A DNA stretch of 62,420 nt, the filler included, from Choristocarpus tenellus KU-1152 (taxonomy: Eukaryota > Protista > Phaeophyceae): the NCBI GenBank assembly GCA_964200185.2. It is 9 parts of 9 records of this genome, joined end to end, with 100 filler letters (N's around TTAATTAATTAA, not from the genome) between each part and the next. Parts side by side here need not be neighbours in the genome. Positions count along the whole stretch, not along the records: positions 28,766 to 40,529 come from CAXNAD020002152.1; positions 40,630 to 51,355 come from CAXNAD020002757.1; positions 51,456 to 56,145 come from CAXNAD020013451.1; 6 more parts are not named here. One strand, given 5' to 3'. The position numbers and the translations under genes were made by a program. Below are positions 38,030 through 51,559 of the stretch, piece after piece; the stretch's first letter is position 1, and every line of letters begins with the position of its first letter. The notes under the pieces are model-generated. The model did not search any database. It saw only the letters and a program-made list of their open reading frames with translations, and was not told the DNA's origin.

Positions 38030-38293
38030 GAGTGAAAGTATCTTAAGAGGGTCCCATTTTTGCCCTGTTTGTCCATTTGAGGCTTGACTTCCCATGGGGT
38101 TTTTTATGACATTTTCCTACTACTCCAAAATTTTTCGGAGTAGGTAAGATGTGTACGTTATGAAAATGTTGTGTCGGCAACAAGGATAGTGACACTTCCT
38201 AACAAAAATGATAGTCAAAATTACACCAAAATCGCAACATTGGATTTTGGTCCCCAAATGGACGTGGCCCTAGCCTCTAAGATATTTTGGCTC
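38030..38293 (+). mobile_element. MITE family A copy 6 (264 bp)
   Basis: GAGTGAAAGTATCTTAAGAGGG ... CTCTAAGATATTTTGGCTC. TGCT on both flanks (4-bp TSD). Confidence 0.95.
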
Positions 38294-40529
38294 TGCTTCT
38301 TTCTATTTTTTTCTCTCTGTAGATTCGAGTTATTGATCTGTCTTTGTGGCACATGAGTCGTTTCTTTTTGGTGTGTATTTGATTTCCTTCCTGACCCCGG
38401 GTTTGAGTGTACTGTGTGTTGCTTCCTTCTCCTTGACACTGTATGCCAATTGCTATTTTTTCCTTTCAAGCATCACTGAATCATTCTTCGAAGGAGTTTG
38501 TGATAATCATTCAATCAAATCAACTGGTACATGTTCCCAACCTTTCGGGGCTTGTGTTTCTTTTGCATGCTCTGTTGTTGCAAGCTACCTTACATATAAG
38601 TGCCTTGAGGTTTGACAGGCTAACCTTGTCATTAAATCGTGTTATTTCTGTTTGCTGCTGAGCTTACTGCTGATCTCAATATGAAAGAAGCCTTGCCTCT
38701 GCAGGCTTCAGGTTAAGGTTGATTATCATGTTGTGCTGGTTGCTACAGCGGGTTGATATAGTGGACTCAGACTTTTGGAGTGGATTCATAAGCAGGGTTT
38801 ATTGTATGCACAACTCAAGCGTGAGCCAAGATGTAGAGACATTCCATGCGGTATTTGATGTTATCTGATGAGTGAACATGAGTTGGTATGGAGTGTTGGT
38901 ATCTATGTCTACCATACGACTTCAATCCTCCATTGCTCGGACAGCATATATATTTTTTGTGAGATGGTTGTTCAAAATCGATGATTTAATAAAATATTTG
39001 GTGAATGTGACAATAAGTCACACTCACTAAAATTATAAGTGTTTTAGAGTACCTAGTTGGAGACTGACACAGATTGTTACGCCTACTCACTATAAACGTG
39101 TTCTGACTGGTGTTGATATCCACTTAAAGCAATTTCACTATTGCATATTCAAATATATATATATATATATATAACTTGAAAGGGCATTAGTAGCAATGGT
39201 GTTCACAGCATTAGTGATGGGCTGCCCTTGAGTGTAAAATGGTTCTGACAGGTCTTGGCACTGCTCCAAGAATGAAAGGGGATTGAGTCAAAGGCTGACC
39301 CATTCATCTAATGGTCCGATGTACAGTTGAGCAAGAATGTTAAGATCACATTCCGGGTACCACTTACGCACGTATTGCACAGAGTGTAGGTTATGGGTTA
39401 GAGTGTGATTGGCGCTGACGTTGCCTGGTGTAAGTAACACATGGAAATGTGTCCCTTTGCTTCAACCGATTTTGGAATGTGTCACGAATACTACTATGTT
39501 CGATATGATTCACTTTTTTTCTGTTTTATGTATAGATAGGGGAGAGGAGTGTCCTGTACACCTTGGAGTAGTTCATAACCTACCATCCAAGATACAAAAA
39601 TATACGTATGTTACAGTAGTATGTATGACTGCTGCCAGTCTCATAGTATTACTGGTGGAAAATTCCAACTCTGGAGATATTGGAAGAACCTTTTTGGTGG
39701 TCTGCCCAATCTAGGAAGGATAATGTGTGTTGAGTCAAAACGGAACATTTCAGCTAGAATATTGCACTGCAATGATGTGGAAAGATTGGCCGAGAGCAAT
39801 TGACTCTTTATCAAGGAGACACACACGTCTTTTGTACCTTGGTCTTCAACATCTCGACCTAGTGTCTATTGTTCACCCTGTGAAACAATGCCACCTTACA
39901 GTATAGCCATTGGTTATATCGACTGAGTCAAGAGTTGGTGTTTGCATGTTTGACTATAATAGCTGAAAATGGGTCCGACTTGACAGAGCTTTCAGTGCTT
40001 GATGTCTCATGGTCTGCACCATCAAAATTCAACAGATTTGCTTGAATCAGTACAGTTCTTCCTGTTCTAGGTCAAATCTCTGAAAAGGGCCAGTTGAGGG
40101 GTGAAGTATGTTTGTTGGGGAGGGGGTTTGTGCACCACAGCCACAGTGGATGGAGACTCAATATAATATTTAGCAAGCAAAATTACTCCCATGTTGGCTA
40201 CCAGGGGATGAAATGGCGCATAGCAAACAACTATTCTTATTAACAGTGAGAAATAATAATAAATAACAGTGACACGTCTCGATAAACCTGAGTCTCTTGG
40301 ACAACATTGATGTGTAACATGATCTGCCAATGTTGACTTGCTTGGGGCTTTGGACAGAATCACTGTACTGCACGCCAGACATGGCAACAAAGGTAATAGC
40401 AGGTCATGCCTGTAAGATGTTTTACCCGCTTGACATAGTGAAATGCTTAGTTTCAACGACGCCGTCCGCTCATTTTGTTTGGGGGGAGGTTTGGTAGTAC
40501 ATTATTAAAAATCAAATTAAGCCTGGGGG

Positions 40530-40629
40530 NNNNNNNNNNNNNNNNNNNNNNNNNNNNNNNNNNNNNNNNNNNNTTAATTAATTAANNNNNNNNNNNNNNN
40601 NNNNNNNNNNNNNNNNNNNNNNNNNNNNN
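40530..40629. other. Artificial contig-join spacer
   Basis: N44-TTAATTAATTAA-N44. Confidence 0.98.
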
Positions 40630-40650
40630 CCCCCCAAGATACTTTGACCC
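40630..40650. mobile_element. TIR end of an A/B-related MITE at a contig start
   Basis: CCCCCCAAGATACTTTGACCC. Confidence 0.6.
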
Positions 40651-43600
40651 ACCACCCAAGTGTCGCAGAGCCTACAGTTGTTTAGATTTTGATGTGAACA
40701 ATTTTCTAGTAACAGGGAAACATTTCAAAACGTTTTCCTCTTTTCGTTCTGTCTCCAGAGGCGAAAATCAGGGAAGGTTGTATTGGTATTGTGTCTTGTT
40801 CATGTAGTCGTTTTTGAGACTTACCACAAAAAATGTAAGGCTGCCTCCATCCCTGTAGAGCAGGTGTGGAATGAGGCGTAACATTTCCCTTTTTGGTGTC
40901 TGTGAGAGGACAAGTATCGTATCAAAGAGACTGTGCCCCGTGCAAGGTGTATTTAGAGTACGACTATTGATGGGAAAGGCAAAGCCCTTTCCCCCTCAAC
41001 GTTTTCCCTTCAGTCTCTTGAGGGTTTTTGTTGTGTACTTTTGCGACTCCGTGTGTGTAATTCCCTGTTCAGGATAATATAATATCAATAACTTCCCTTG
41101 TTAGCATGCCTATTTTTGTTTTTTCAAGCTTTCATAGGTTGAAAGGTGATACTCAACTAATATGGAACAGGTGGTAAAACATGTGTAACACATGCCCAGG
41201 AGTGTATGGCGACGAAAACGCTGATCCTGCATACTCAGAGTCCTCTGATGTCCCTGCCTGCCTAGAGACTCTTCCATATTTTATATACCACCTTCACAGT
41301 GCTAGCAGTATGTTGAAACATAGGTTACTCTTGCTGATATTGGATACGTCAATATTAGATAGATTTCAGTATTCTCACCTTGTCATAACTGTCATATCCC
41401 CCAGCAATGTTACATTATGTGTGACTATGCAGTCAGGTCAACGCCTACTGTATTCGGACCTGTACTGTACATTTTCATTCCTCACACTGACCACTCTTTT
41501 ATGTTCGTTGTTGAGACTTGTTTCTTCTTTTTATAGAAAAACAGCTAGGACTCTTCTACATCCAGAGGTCGAAGCCGTTGCTCCTATTTTGTTTCCTCAA
41601 GTCCACTCAGTCTAAGATTTCCACACATAACAGCTTCGGATATAACAGTACAGCAACTGTGGTGTAGCTGGGAGTCCTTGTACGTAAGCAATAATACTTC
41701 GTTGTTATGTTTGTTTATATGTTCTTGTACCCGTCAAACTACTTGCAAAATGTCATGTGGGCATAAGATAATATAACACCTCTCTCTCGAATGTACAGAG
41801 TCTTGTTTGTCTGAAAATCTGAAAAATATGACTAAAACCACTCTTTTTTCAGGGGTAGCATTATGATGTTGCAGCATTTCCTTGGAAGGCCGTATCTCTC
41901 CTTTTGACAAATGAAGGGCATGAGGAATATGTCGTGTTGCACACTATGTGAATATTACACCATAACTTGCAATAGGTTCTATGTGTAAGGTTGTCCACAG
42001 GGGAACACGAAAATTGACAGCAAGTGCTGATGCATTTTGTTGCTGTTCGTTATTACTTCAATCGTCGATGCTATTTCCCATGTTGAAGATGCAAACTATT
42101 CAACACCTACAAATAAACGTAATTGGTTGACCCTAGGTTCTGGCCTTACACCTATTTACACCTTCTCTAACTAGTCCTCCAGTAACCCGTTCACAAAAAT
42201 TACGGTTAACCTCATAATTGCTCTTTGGTTTTATTTAGTCTGCAAGTTCAGAAGACGTTGCAGAAAGGATTTCCATATAGAGAGTGTTTGCTGAAGGGAT
42301 CGTGAAAGCCCTCTGTGTTTCCTTTTGCATTGCAAGGTTCCTCGAGGCCATCACCTAGACAGACTTACGAGGCTGCTCTTCCAGGTCAAGTCTCCGCTCC
42401 TTGAGCTTGAGCTTGGCCTTCCCATCTCCACAATATTCGATTGAAACTTGGTGTTTCTCCATGGACTGCTGTTTCTACGCAGTCAGGATCCTGCCAACTG
42501 CCTTTCGCTTCTTCCATACCGACTTTAACGATGACCCCTCCACCTTGGCCCTCTTGCCCTTCCTCGTTGATATGCCTGTTAAGCTTTAGTAGGAAAGGTC
42601 AGTCTCAGACAGGCTGTCGGTCGGTCCTTCGAGGTAGTTTGACCTCTTTTCTTCCTCATTGTTTCGTATCGCTGTGGGGAACTATTACTCCACCCTCATC
42701 AGCGACCACCTCATCAACACGACCTTAGAGTTCTACCCCATCTTTTGATTCCTTCTTTCTCGCCTCCTTGCAACCTCATCCTCCAAGTACAGATTGTCGT
42801 ACTACTGTATTGTGTATTGATGATAGACTCATTTCTCGATTTCAAATGTGGCACCAAAAGGTCGTCCAGCAGTTCTGGTTTTGGTTCGAACGTTTTCCAT
42901 CACGGTACAATGTATATTGAAAACAAAGTGTGCGGCTTTGATGGTCATACTTCCCTTGACAGAAGAGTTGAATCGAACCGGGTTGGTTATGAGCAACTAG
43001 TGGTGTTTCGAGCTTGCTGACTGACAATCGCGTAGGTAAACGATAATCGATTTGCATTTTTGTGCAAACTATTTTCATATGGCCTACCGTGACCTTCCCT
43101 GTCGTCCTAACTCCACATAAATGGTCGTGACCGCTAAGGATTTCCTTATCCGTTATCTGTAAAACACTCTTCCACTTCCTCTATTCATACCTTGCTTTTG
43201 TATGTATTGGGTTTGCCGATCCAACTGTCCAATGTTTGTGTTTGAAGGTCTCTTGACTCTCTACTTGTGTTTTTTTTTTCTTTGTATTTCTTCTGATTAT
43301 TAGTTGATTGATGGTGATTAGTTATTGGTTAATTCCAATGTGAACATCTGTTCGTAGTTCGTACAAAATATTTCCACAAACTCACATCATGACAAATTAT
43401 TGTTGTATAGTGCACGAATAATTCAGTTTGAGTGAAGTAGCAAAGGGATGTGGGAAACAATATTTCAATGAAGAGGAGATGAGGTCCAGCAAGAACTCAT
43501 GTACCAATAATTTTTGTATGTGCCAGAAGTTGTTCTTCTTGTAGTTTCCTCATTTCTAGTTTTTTTTGATCTTCTGTTTCTCTACTATTAAAACATTCAA

Positions 43601-44286
43601 ACTTGCATTATGCTCATTGACATTGATTTTCTTATCTGTTGGTGCCTCAAACGAATATGCGCGCGGCAAAGTTGCTTTTCTTTCTTTCCTGGATGTCCCT
43701 TGCAACATCCTTCTTGTTTGCTTGGCCTCTGTACCTCATACAGCAACAATGATTTGTTTACACTATGTGTACAGCATGCCAATATCTAAAGAATTGCATG
43801 TGTCCAGATGAACGTATTGCGACAATACTGTGAAGGGGTAATGCTCTTAGGCATTGCAGTGTGTCGCTTCCAACAACCATAAAGAATGGACTATTTCTGA
43901 CCTTCAATGACAGGTGTAAGTGTACGGCATGTATGTGCGTGGGCAGGTGGGGGCAACTGTACCGTGGGGGTGAGACTAAGAGAAGCTACACTAGCTAGTA
44001 GCCACTTCGCTCCAGCAGCTCCAGGGAAAAGGAACGGTGGGGTGGGTGGGTGTGCCCTGGAAAACTTGGGGAGGCTGTGCTGAGGAGAAAGAGAAGAAGA
44101 GAAGACCACTAGGCTAGTAGCCACAGTGCTCCAGCACCAAGAGGGGGAAAAAAATATGGAGGGTCTATGTGGGCTGAAATTGGAGAAAGAGAGGAGGAGC
44201 GTTCCACTAGCTAGCAATTCAGTCCTTCACTATCTCCAGGAGGGATGGCCGAGGATGTGTGGGTGCTTGGGTAGCATGGGTGGACT

Positions 44287-47200
44287 ATGCCAAGGTGGAT
44301 TATGCCTTCCTGTGCTAAGGAAAATGACCCAGGTAAACGTATATGTGCAACTTCTACCACCAGGAGAATTGACACAGAGGAGGCTATGTTGGCTATGTTA
44401 AGTTGGGGGAAAAGAGAGGTTCGACCAGCAGGGAAACATGACGACACCACCACCAGAAGTGGGCCGTGTCGTGGGATTGTATGCTCGCCTGTGCAGAAGC
44501 GAACGACCAAATGTATGTGTGTAAGTGTGTGGGGTCTGTGTGTAATGTTGACCCTCAAAGTGACTAACAGGGGGATTTTGAACTAAAATATAGCATCACA
44601 GGTCAGGACCCTTTCAGAGACAAGAAAAACATTTCTGGGCCAACAATCTCCTTAATAATAGTGTTTTGCAAAATAGTGCGTAAGGGGGATGGGTGTGTGA
44701 TGATAGTTCAACATATTCACCACTTCGTTAATAGCAATACCCACTATAAAACATTATAACAATACCTTTCCTAAAAGTCTTGCCATCTTGTTCCTCTTGG
44801 TCGGGGGTTCTTGAGTTATAGGGAAAGGATGTTTAAATGAAGTATAAGTAGTTCAGGTGTAAAATGGTACACAATGGATAGTTCTGGCGATATGGGGTAG
44901 AGATAATCAAACCAAGATTTGGACGAAAAGAAGTCTGGCGTTACTAGGGTTTGAACCCTGTACACACATAGCAGTAAAAGTAACAAGAAACATCTGACGA
45001 GGTACTCATGGACACACGTAACGTACATGAAAGTTTTTTCTGTTGAAAAAAATATAAAGAGGGACTATTTTGATGTGCCGCCTCACATTTTTTTTTTGCA
45101 TCTTCTTCAGACAGCAGTGACCCAAACAGGTCGAAGGTGCGGATTCAGACGAGATTGAAAATCTCAAGGTAACTGTGATTTACCCACAGGAGAGTATCCT
45201 TATCCAACCAACCCCGTTCATCGTGAGTTTGTGATCACCGCGATTCCTGTCTCCGTGCGAACGCTGAAGGAGGCAGGGAGCCTGGGAGGGTGGAGGGGAG
45301 GGGAGAGGGTGGATAGGAGGGAAGACTTCTATTAGGGGATGATTTTTGAATTTCAGAGACGACGAGCTTGGTGAGAGTCTTCCTCTATCAGTTCAATTGA
45401 TGCTCTGTCAATCCCGCTATTTCGTCTACCTCGTTCCATTTTATCAGGGGATCTTGATCCTCGTTTTCACACTCACGGAGACTTCCACCATTTCACGAGG
45501 CGAGGACCATGAACCTCGAAAAGAGGACCAGCTTCAAAAATTTGGAGTGGGCTATGACTTTGCACGGTCTGCTCCCCTGCCACTACCTGTACTAATTAAT
45601 CTGTTGTCAATGGATATGCCACATCCCAGGTACTCGCAACTATCGCTGATCCCCCCTGTTGATGCTCCTGTCAATGCAACATCAGCAGGAAGCATTGCGT
45701 GAACAATTTGGACTTCTAAGCCTCTGGACCCAGCTCGACCGTCAGTAGTCCCTGACATCGAGTTGGTAGCCACAGTTTTCGCAGAGGGAAGCACTTTCGG
45801 TAGAGTCATCCCGCTATTTCCTGACCATATCAATCACAACGTACCAGAAGGATGAACCCAGGTGCCAGGGGAGATCGGGGGGGAAGGGGGGACACTGCAC
45901 TACCGTCACGTTTCTCCAAGCGAGATGCCACCAGCAGGCCATTCGAAGGAGACTTCGAGAGGAGAAGGGACGGTGGCAAAGGTATAGATCGAGATCGAAA
46001 ACGTGAACGCGAGAGGGACAGGGATAGAGGGGAAGGATGGCGTCGGGAGGAAAGCCGTGGCCGTGATGGCAAGTCAAGCGGCCAGGGCTATAATGAGAGA
46101 GGGAGGGAAGGCGAGAGACATGGGAAGTCCAGGGATAGAGACAGGGAATGGGCGAGCAGAAATAGGGACGTATCGAGGTTCATGGAACGTAGTCAACACC
46201 GGGACAACTGGACACACAATGACAGTCGCAGCCGTAGTCGTAGCCGCAGTGGCAGCCGCAGTCGGGAGAGGAGGGGAGTGATTCGAACACAGGATCAGCG
46301 ACAACCCAGTCCTCACGGTCACAGTGGGAGGAACCGTGATCAGGCGAGGGTACCACGCAGCAGGAACGAGGGCAGGGGTGGTGGTGGAGAGGCAATGAAG
46401 TTGGCGAGGGGAAGTACGCGAAGCAATGGTCCAGACAAAGGAGGGAAAGGAGATCAGGTAACATATCCATGGGGGTGTTATTTGTAGACTCTTTTTTCTG
46501 ACAACTATTTTGTAGTATTTTTATTCTTCTTGCGCAATTTTTGTTTTGGTAGACCCATGCGTTACAATTAGGGTTGTCAGTGGTACGTGTCTGCAGGTAT
46601 CTTGTTGTTTGCATTTGACAATTCTTTTGGTCACATAGGAAAAAGAGTTTCCTGCTGTGCAAAGATTGTGCTTGTTCACACACAGGTGATACCCCATGGG
46701 CACATCTGTGATTGATCATTTTTTGCTGATGCTCAGGGTGCAGGGAAGGTTCGAACACAACCAGTTAGTTACTGTGTCTCCAGCCATTTCACTCTGGTGT
46801 TTGTTGAATTTTGGTGTATCACCACTGTCCCTCTCCTGTGATGTACTTACAAGCAAGTGATGTGAACCCCCTCTGTGGTCACCAACCTCACCTTGCTTAC
46901 CATCCCAACCTACATGTGGGAAGATGTTTTTCTTTTATTCAGGATGTGCTAGGTTACAAAGAGGTTATTGGGTATGTGTGGATTTATGAAGGGAGGAGAA
47001 TGATTGCAGGTGTGATGCCCCCTCCCCCCTCTGAAACGAGGAAGTTTTAAAGGGAGTGAAGCAAAGGTTACACATGCCCCATTTTGGTGTTCCTAAATAT
47101 GTGTTGCAGGTCACAGAGATATGGAATGAGCGATTAAGTCAGGATACTGTGTGGGATACTGATGCACTAACACGGGACACTGAGCTGTTGCCACGGGACA

Positions 47201-50200
47201 GTCCTAGCAAAGCTCATGGGCACTCTGGCAGATCTGCTGGAAGTGCTGGCAGCACTCGTAGCACTGGAATGGCCACAAAGAAGCGTCAGCGAGGGGGAGA
47301 GCCAGTTGACAAGGGGGATGAAAAGAGCTCAGGTATTTCACTTTTCACCATGTGGTGTTGCCGTGGTAATGCTCCTGAAATAACTGAACTGTGTCCTCGT
47401 ATTTTTATTTTGATGCATGTTTTTTCTGTTTATTTGGTACCTTACTCCCCCTACCCCTTACCCCCTACACCTGATGAATTTTGTCCTGGACGTTTGGCTA
47501 GGCCTGTGTCAGGAGTTCTAAAGCCTTCCCCTTCCCCCCGTGTAGAGTAGCTAACGATGTCATGCCATGCCGTTGGTGTTTTCTAGTGTGGACTGTTGTA
47601 CTTTTCACTCTCTCCCCAGCGCTAAGCACGATCATGCCTTCAACTTAACACACACTATCTGTTCGAACCCTTTGCTGCTTCCAACCCTACTCACCTAACC
47701 CCACTAACACCTCCCACAGCTTAGTATCAAGGCCCCCATGCACTCCCCTTACCATTTGTCGTCAATGAAGGTCAAGCCACACCCTCGAAAAGCACAGGAG
47801 TGGGATCTCCGGAATCTTCTGCAGAGAAGGATCCCCGACAATGGCGCCCTGCCTCTAAAAATGACCCCGATGGTGACGCTGATGTGACTTTAACCCCAAA
47901 AGGAAGTGACAGGGACATGCGTGAGGGTGATGGTGGGGAAGGGGAAGGGGTAGGGGTAGGGGTAGGGGTAGGGGTAGTGGAAGGAGGACGAGAAGGAGAA
48001 CCAGGGATTGAGGGAGGGACTGGGACAAGAGGGGGGGGGAAACAAGCACAGAAGCGATCTCGGTTCGTTTTTACTTCGATAGAGGATGGGGCTACAGTTT
48101 TGAGCTCTGTAGGTTCTTATCGTTTGGAGGATGCTGCTGCTGTTGATGCTGCCAAGGAGAGGGAAAAGGAGAAGGAGGGGGAGGAAGTGGGGGAGAAGCG
48201 GCAGCCAAGGGAGACTGTGAGGCCGACCGAGGATATGTCTAAGGATGAGGTGAGGGGGGAGGGAGGTGCACGTCATGTATCGTTTGACTTGATGATTGTG
48301 CTGACTGATGCAGCGTGATACAATAGCCGGTTTAGTCGGCAGTATGTTAGTTAGGACTTGAGAGAGATGCTATGATCGGTATCTGAGTGAGCATTTTTAC
48401 CGTTTGTGGTAAATGTGTGATGTCATACCGTTCCGCAGAATGACGGTTTCTTTGTGGTGGAGAAGGCAGGAAATTTCTGGATTAGTTCGCAGCCTGACAA
48501 ATGGTTCCTATTTTTGAAAGTTGGTTCTCCGTGATTGAGAATAATAGGAAGTCACATTTACTTCTTCCGAGTAATTTGTTGTGATTTTTGTGTGCGATTG
48601 CATGGTGTGTTGTCTGCAGTTGTGTTGTCTGCAGTTGTGCTGACATCAGTTGTTTGTTGTGGAAGGAGTTGATTGGAAGGAGGTAGGGTGGAATTGTTGA
48701 GGATGAATGGGGGCTGTGGTATAGAAAATGTGATTGAACGTGGTATTGTTGGAAGTGATGACTTACTGTTTTGTAGGCCTGCTTGTTAATGCTGGTCTTG
48801 AGGGTACAACTAGCTGATCCTTGAGGGGTTTTTGAAAGCTCAAGTCTGGGCGGTTGTGGTGAGGTGGCAGTGGATGTGATTTGGAGTTGGACTGCTGGGC
48901 ATTGATTAGTTTTGATGGGCTGGGATGGAATACAATTGCTACAGTAAAAAAAATGGACTTGGGGAGGGGGATAGGGAGGAGAGGTGGTGTTGGTTGGGTG
49001 GAGTGTATGTACATGCAGGCTAACTCAAGCTGCAGTGTCTCAAGATTTCTGAGTAGTTTGAGGGGGGGTGGATTGGTTGTGGGATGTGGCGAGAGGGCAA
49101 GAGGACATTGACAAAATTTATATGCAATGGATGTATTGATAGGTGTTTCTTTTTATAGTAGGAGAATGTGGGATGGACCAGGTTTGGGTTTGGGTTTGGG
49201 TTTGAGGTTACAGTTGGTTTTGCAGTGTTTATTTTTTGCTCCAGGCCAATTGATTTCGCATACGTGTTGAATTGAATTTCCGATGGGAAATGAGTACTTA
49301 ATTGTTAGCTACTGTTAATATTCCTTTGGCAATGATGAGGTGTCAATGTGCACTACTTTATCCCTCTCAAGGCATTAAGATGCTCCCACAACTCTGCATA
49401 GAAGTTTCAAAGTTTCTCCTCCTCAGCAGATATGAAATTGTGCTGCATGTGTCAGTGTTGTGGTGTATTATCATCGCAGCCAGCCCCTGCTCTCTCTAAC
49501 TCTGCTGCTGTCTTAAGAATGAGACTCAAGTCTGACTAAATACTAGAGTGTAATATAACTTGATTGAGTATCTCTACCCTATGTGAGCAAACAAACCTCG
49601 TATGAAACTACTCATTGAAATGTGTAATGCAAAAGAATGTTCACTGACTCGATTTGTCCTGTGGAACAAGACTCGAAGAAGTGAAGAATCCAATTCTTGT
49701 AGTGTATACCATTTAGTATAAATAATGTATATACATGTCATTTATCATAGGTTGTACTCCAGGACCTGAGCACAGGTGCAGTCAAACGTATCAAAAGGCA
49801 GCAGCTACAGCAGGACAGGGTTGACAAAGTAACTCACACCCAGTTGGAAGGGAAGGGGATCTCTGGGGAAGCTATGGTTTGTGATGATGATGGCGATAGT
49901 CTAGCAGCCAGAACTGACAGGGGAAAGCAGCAGGAGGATGTGCCAAAGGATGGGGGAGAGGGACAGCCAACAGCTAATGGGGACGGAGGCTCTTTAAATT
50001 ATATTGGAGAAGGACCCATGGCAGGCGGTGAGGGCAGGAGTGATACAGATGGCATTGGACTGAATCTAGAAGCGACAGGGGGCATTTTGGATGCTCTGGG
50101 TGCTGTGGGGGGGGGGGAGAAGGCTGTGAAGGGAACAGGGCATCAAGCGAAGGGGTTTAGAGGAGAGGGGAAGAGTAGTGGCCTGGGGTGGAAGGCTCCT

Positions 50201-51115
50201 CCAATGGCAATGATTAGCGACCAAGAAAGAAATGGAAGTGGTGGGTTTTCTGGGGGGGGTGGGGGTGGAGAGGGCAAGGGTGAAATTGGCAGGAATGGGT
50301 TTTCTCCACGATCTTGCCCATCTCCATCAGGGGAATCTGCCTTGAAAGTCAAGGGGCATGATTTAGAAGGATTTCGAGGTAGGGTGGGGGGTGGGGGGGG
50401 CGTCGAAGGGGAGGGAGAGGGGAGAGGACAGAAAGGGCAGGAGAAGGAGAAAGAGGAAGGCAGGGAAGAGGTTGATGATGAGGGCGGTCAAACACCGTTG
50501 GGATTGGCATTAGGGAATGACGTGAAGGAAGTGGAAGGGTGGGGGGACGAGAACTTTGGTGGGGGAAAGGGTGGCGGAAAGGTTAAAGGAGGAGAGGCTG
50601 CAAATGATTTAATGGAAGTGGTTGAGGAAGTGAACGGGGAGGGAGCTGTTCCGTTGAGTGGATCCGCTGCTGATGAGAGTGGAGGGGAGTTTGCTGGTAC
50701 GGAGGCGATGTCTGTGAATGAGAAGGAGGTCTCGGTAGGAGCACAGGCAGACAGCTCGGGGGCGGAGGGTGGCGGTGTGGGTGTGTTGGGGTACAAGACA
50801 GAGGCCTCCCTTGAATCAAGTGATGGAAAGGGGAAGTTGAAGGGGGAGAAAGGGACGGGCAATGCTCCGCTTGATCCTGTTGCTGTCACAGCAACAGGTA
50901 CAGAGACAATGACAGGCACACCCCCCTCTAAAAGGTCAACACAGTTGTCAACCCCCGCCACGGGTAGCAAGAAGTTGTCCTTGGAGGAGAGGGAGGTGCC
51001 AGATCATGCGCTGCTGAGTGCAAGGACGTTCTTCGGGTTGAGATCCATCAGTGCGTTTGAGAAGAGGATGCTGCCGGAGTTTTTTACAGGGAGAAGCACG
51101 TCCAAGACTCCGGAG
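44287..51115 (+). CDS. Long low-complexity protein with RS/RD-rich region and start of a SWI3/SMARCC-type SWIRM domain, 3'-partial
   Basis: Phase-compatible exons: 44287-44332, ~45111-45168, ~45848-46457, 47110-47332, 47771-48249, 49751-51115. Ends VPDH..FF.LRSISAFEKRMLPEFFTGRSTSKTPE, matching the SWIRM motif E...LPEFF.G....KTPE. Start codon uncertain. Confidence 0.8.
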
Positions 51116-51236
51116 GTGTGTGTTTTATGTATTGGTTGGTGTTGAAGGGGTTTGGGTTTGGGATGGAGGGTGGTACTAGTGGGGGGTGTGGATCTTGACC
51201 GGTGGTGCCAAGGAAAGTTTTTTGTGGTGGGATTTT

Positions 51237-51250
51237 GGGACTAAGTATCT

Positions 51251-51283
<33 letters not shown>

Positions 51284-51285
51284 GG
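51237..51285. mobile_element. TIR end of an A/B-related MITE
   Basis: GGGACTAAGTATCT followed by a long G run, near a contig end. Confidence 0.55.
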
Positions 51286-51355
51286 GGAAGGGAACAGGTT
51301 TCACCTCCATTCCCCCCAACACCGTGTGTTCTTTTCCTTCTTTTAAAAAAAAAAA

Positions 51356-51455
51356 NNNNNNNNNNNNNNNNNNNNNNNNNNNNNNNNNNNNNNNNNNNNT
51401 TAATTAATTAANNNNNNNNNNNNNNNNNNNNNNNNNNNNNNNNNNNNNNNNNNNN
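51356..51455. other. Artificial contig-join spacer
   Basis: N44-TTAATTAATTAA-N44. Confidence 0.98.
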
Positions 51456-51495
51456 CAAATGGACAGCCGCCACTCCCTCCCAGATACTTTGAGCC
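51456..51495 (-). mobile_element. MITE family B end, truncated by the contig start
   Basis: CAAATGGACAGCCGC..CCCAGATACTTTGAGCC. Confidence 0.8.
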
Positions 51496-51559
51496 TAAAC
51501 AACTTGTATCAGTCTGCTTATAGGTCTGGTCCAGTGCCAGTATCTGAATGGATTCGGCA

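Noticed and set aside
50143-50970. Antisense Pro/Ser-rich ORFs here and at 46074-46322 and 47855-48276
   Set aside because: They are shadows of G/A-rich plus-strand exons.
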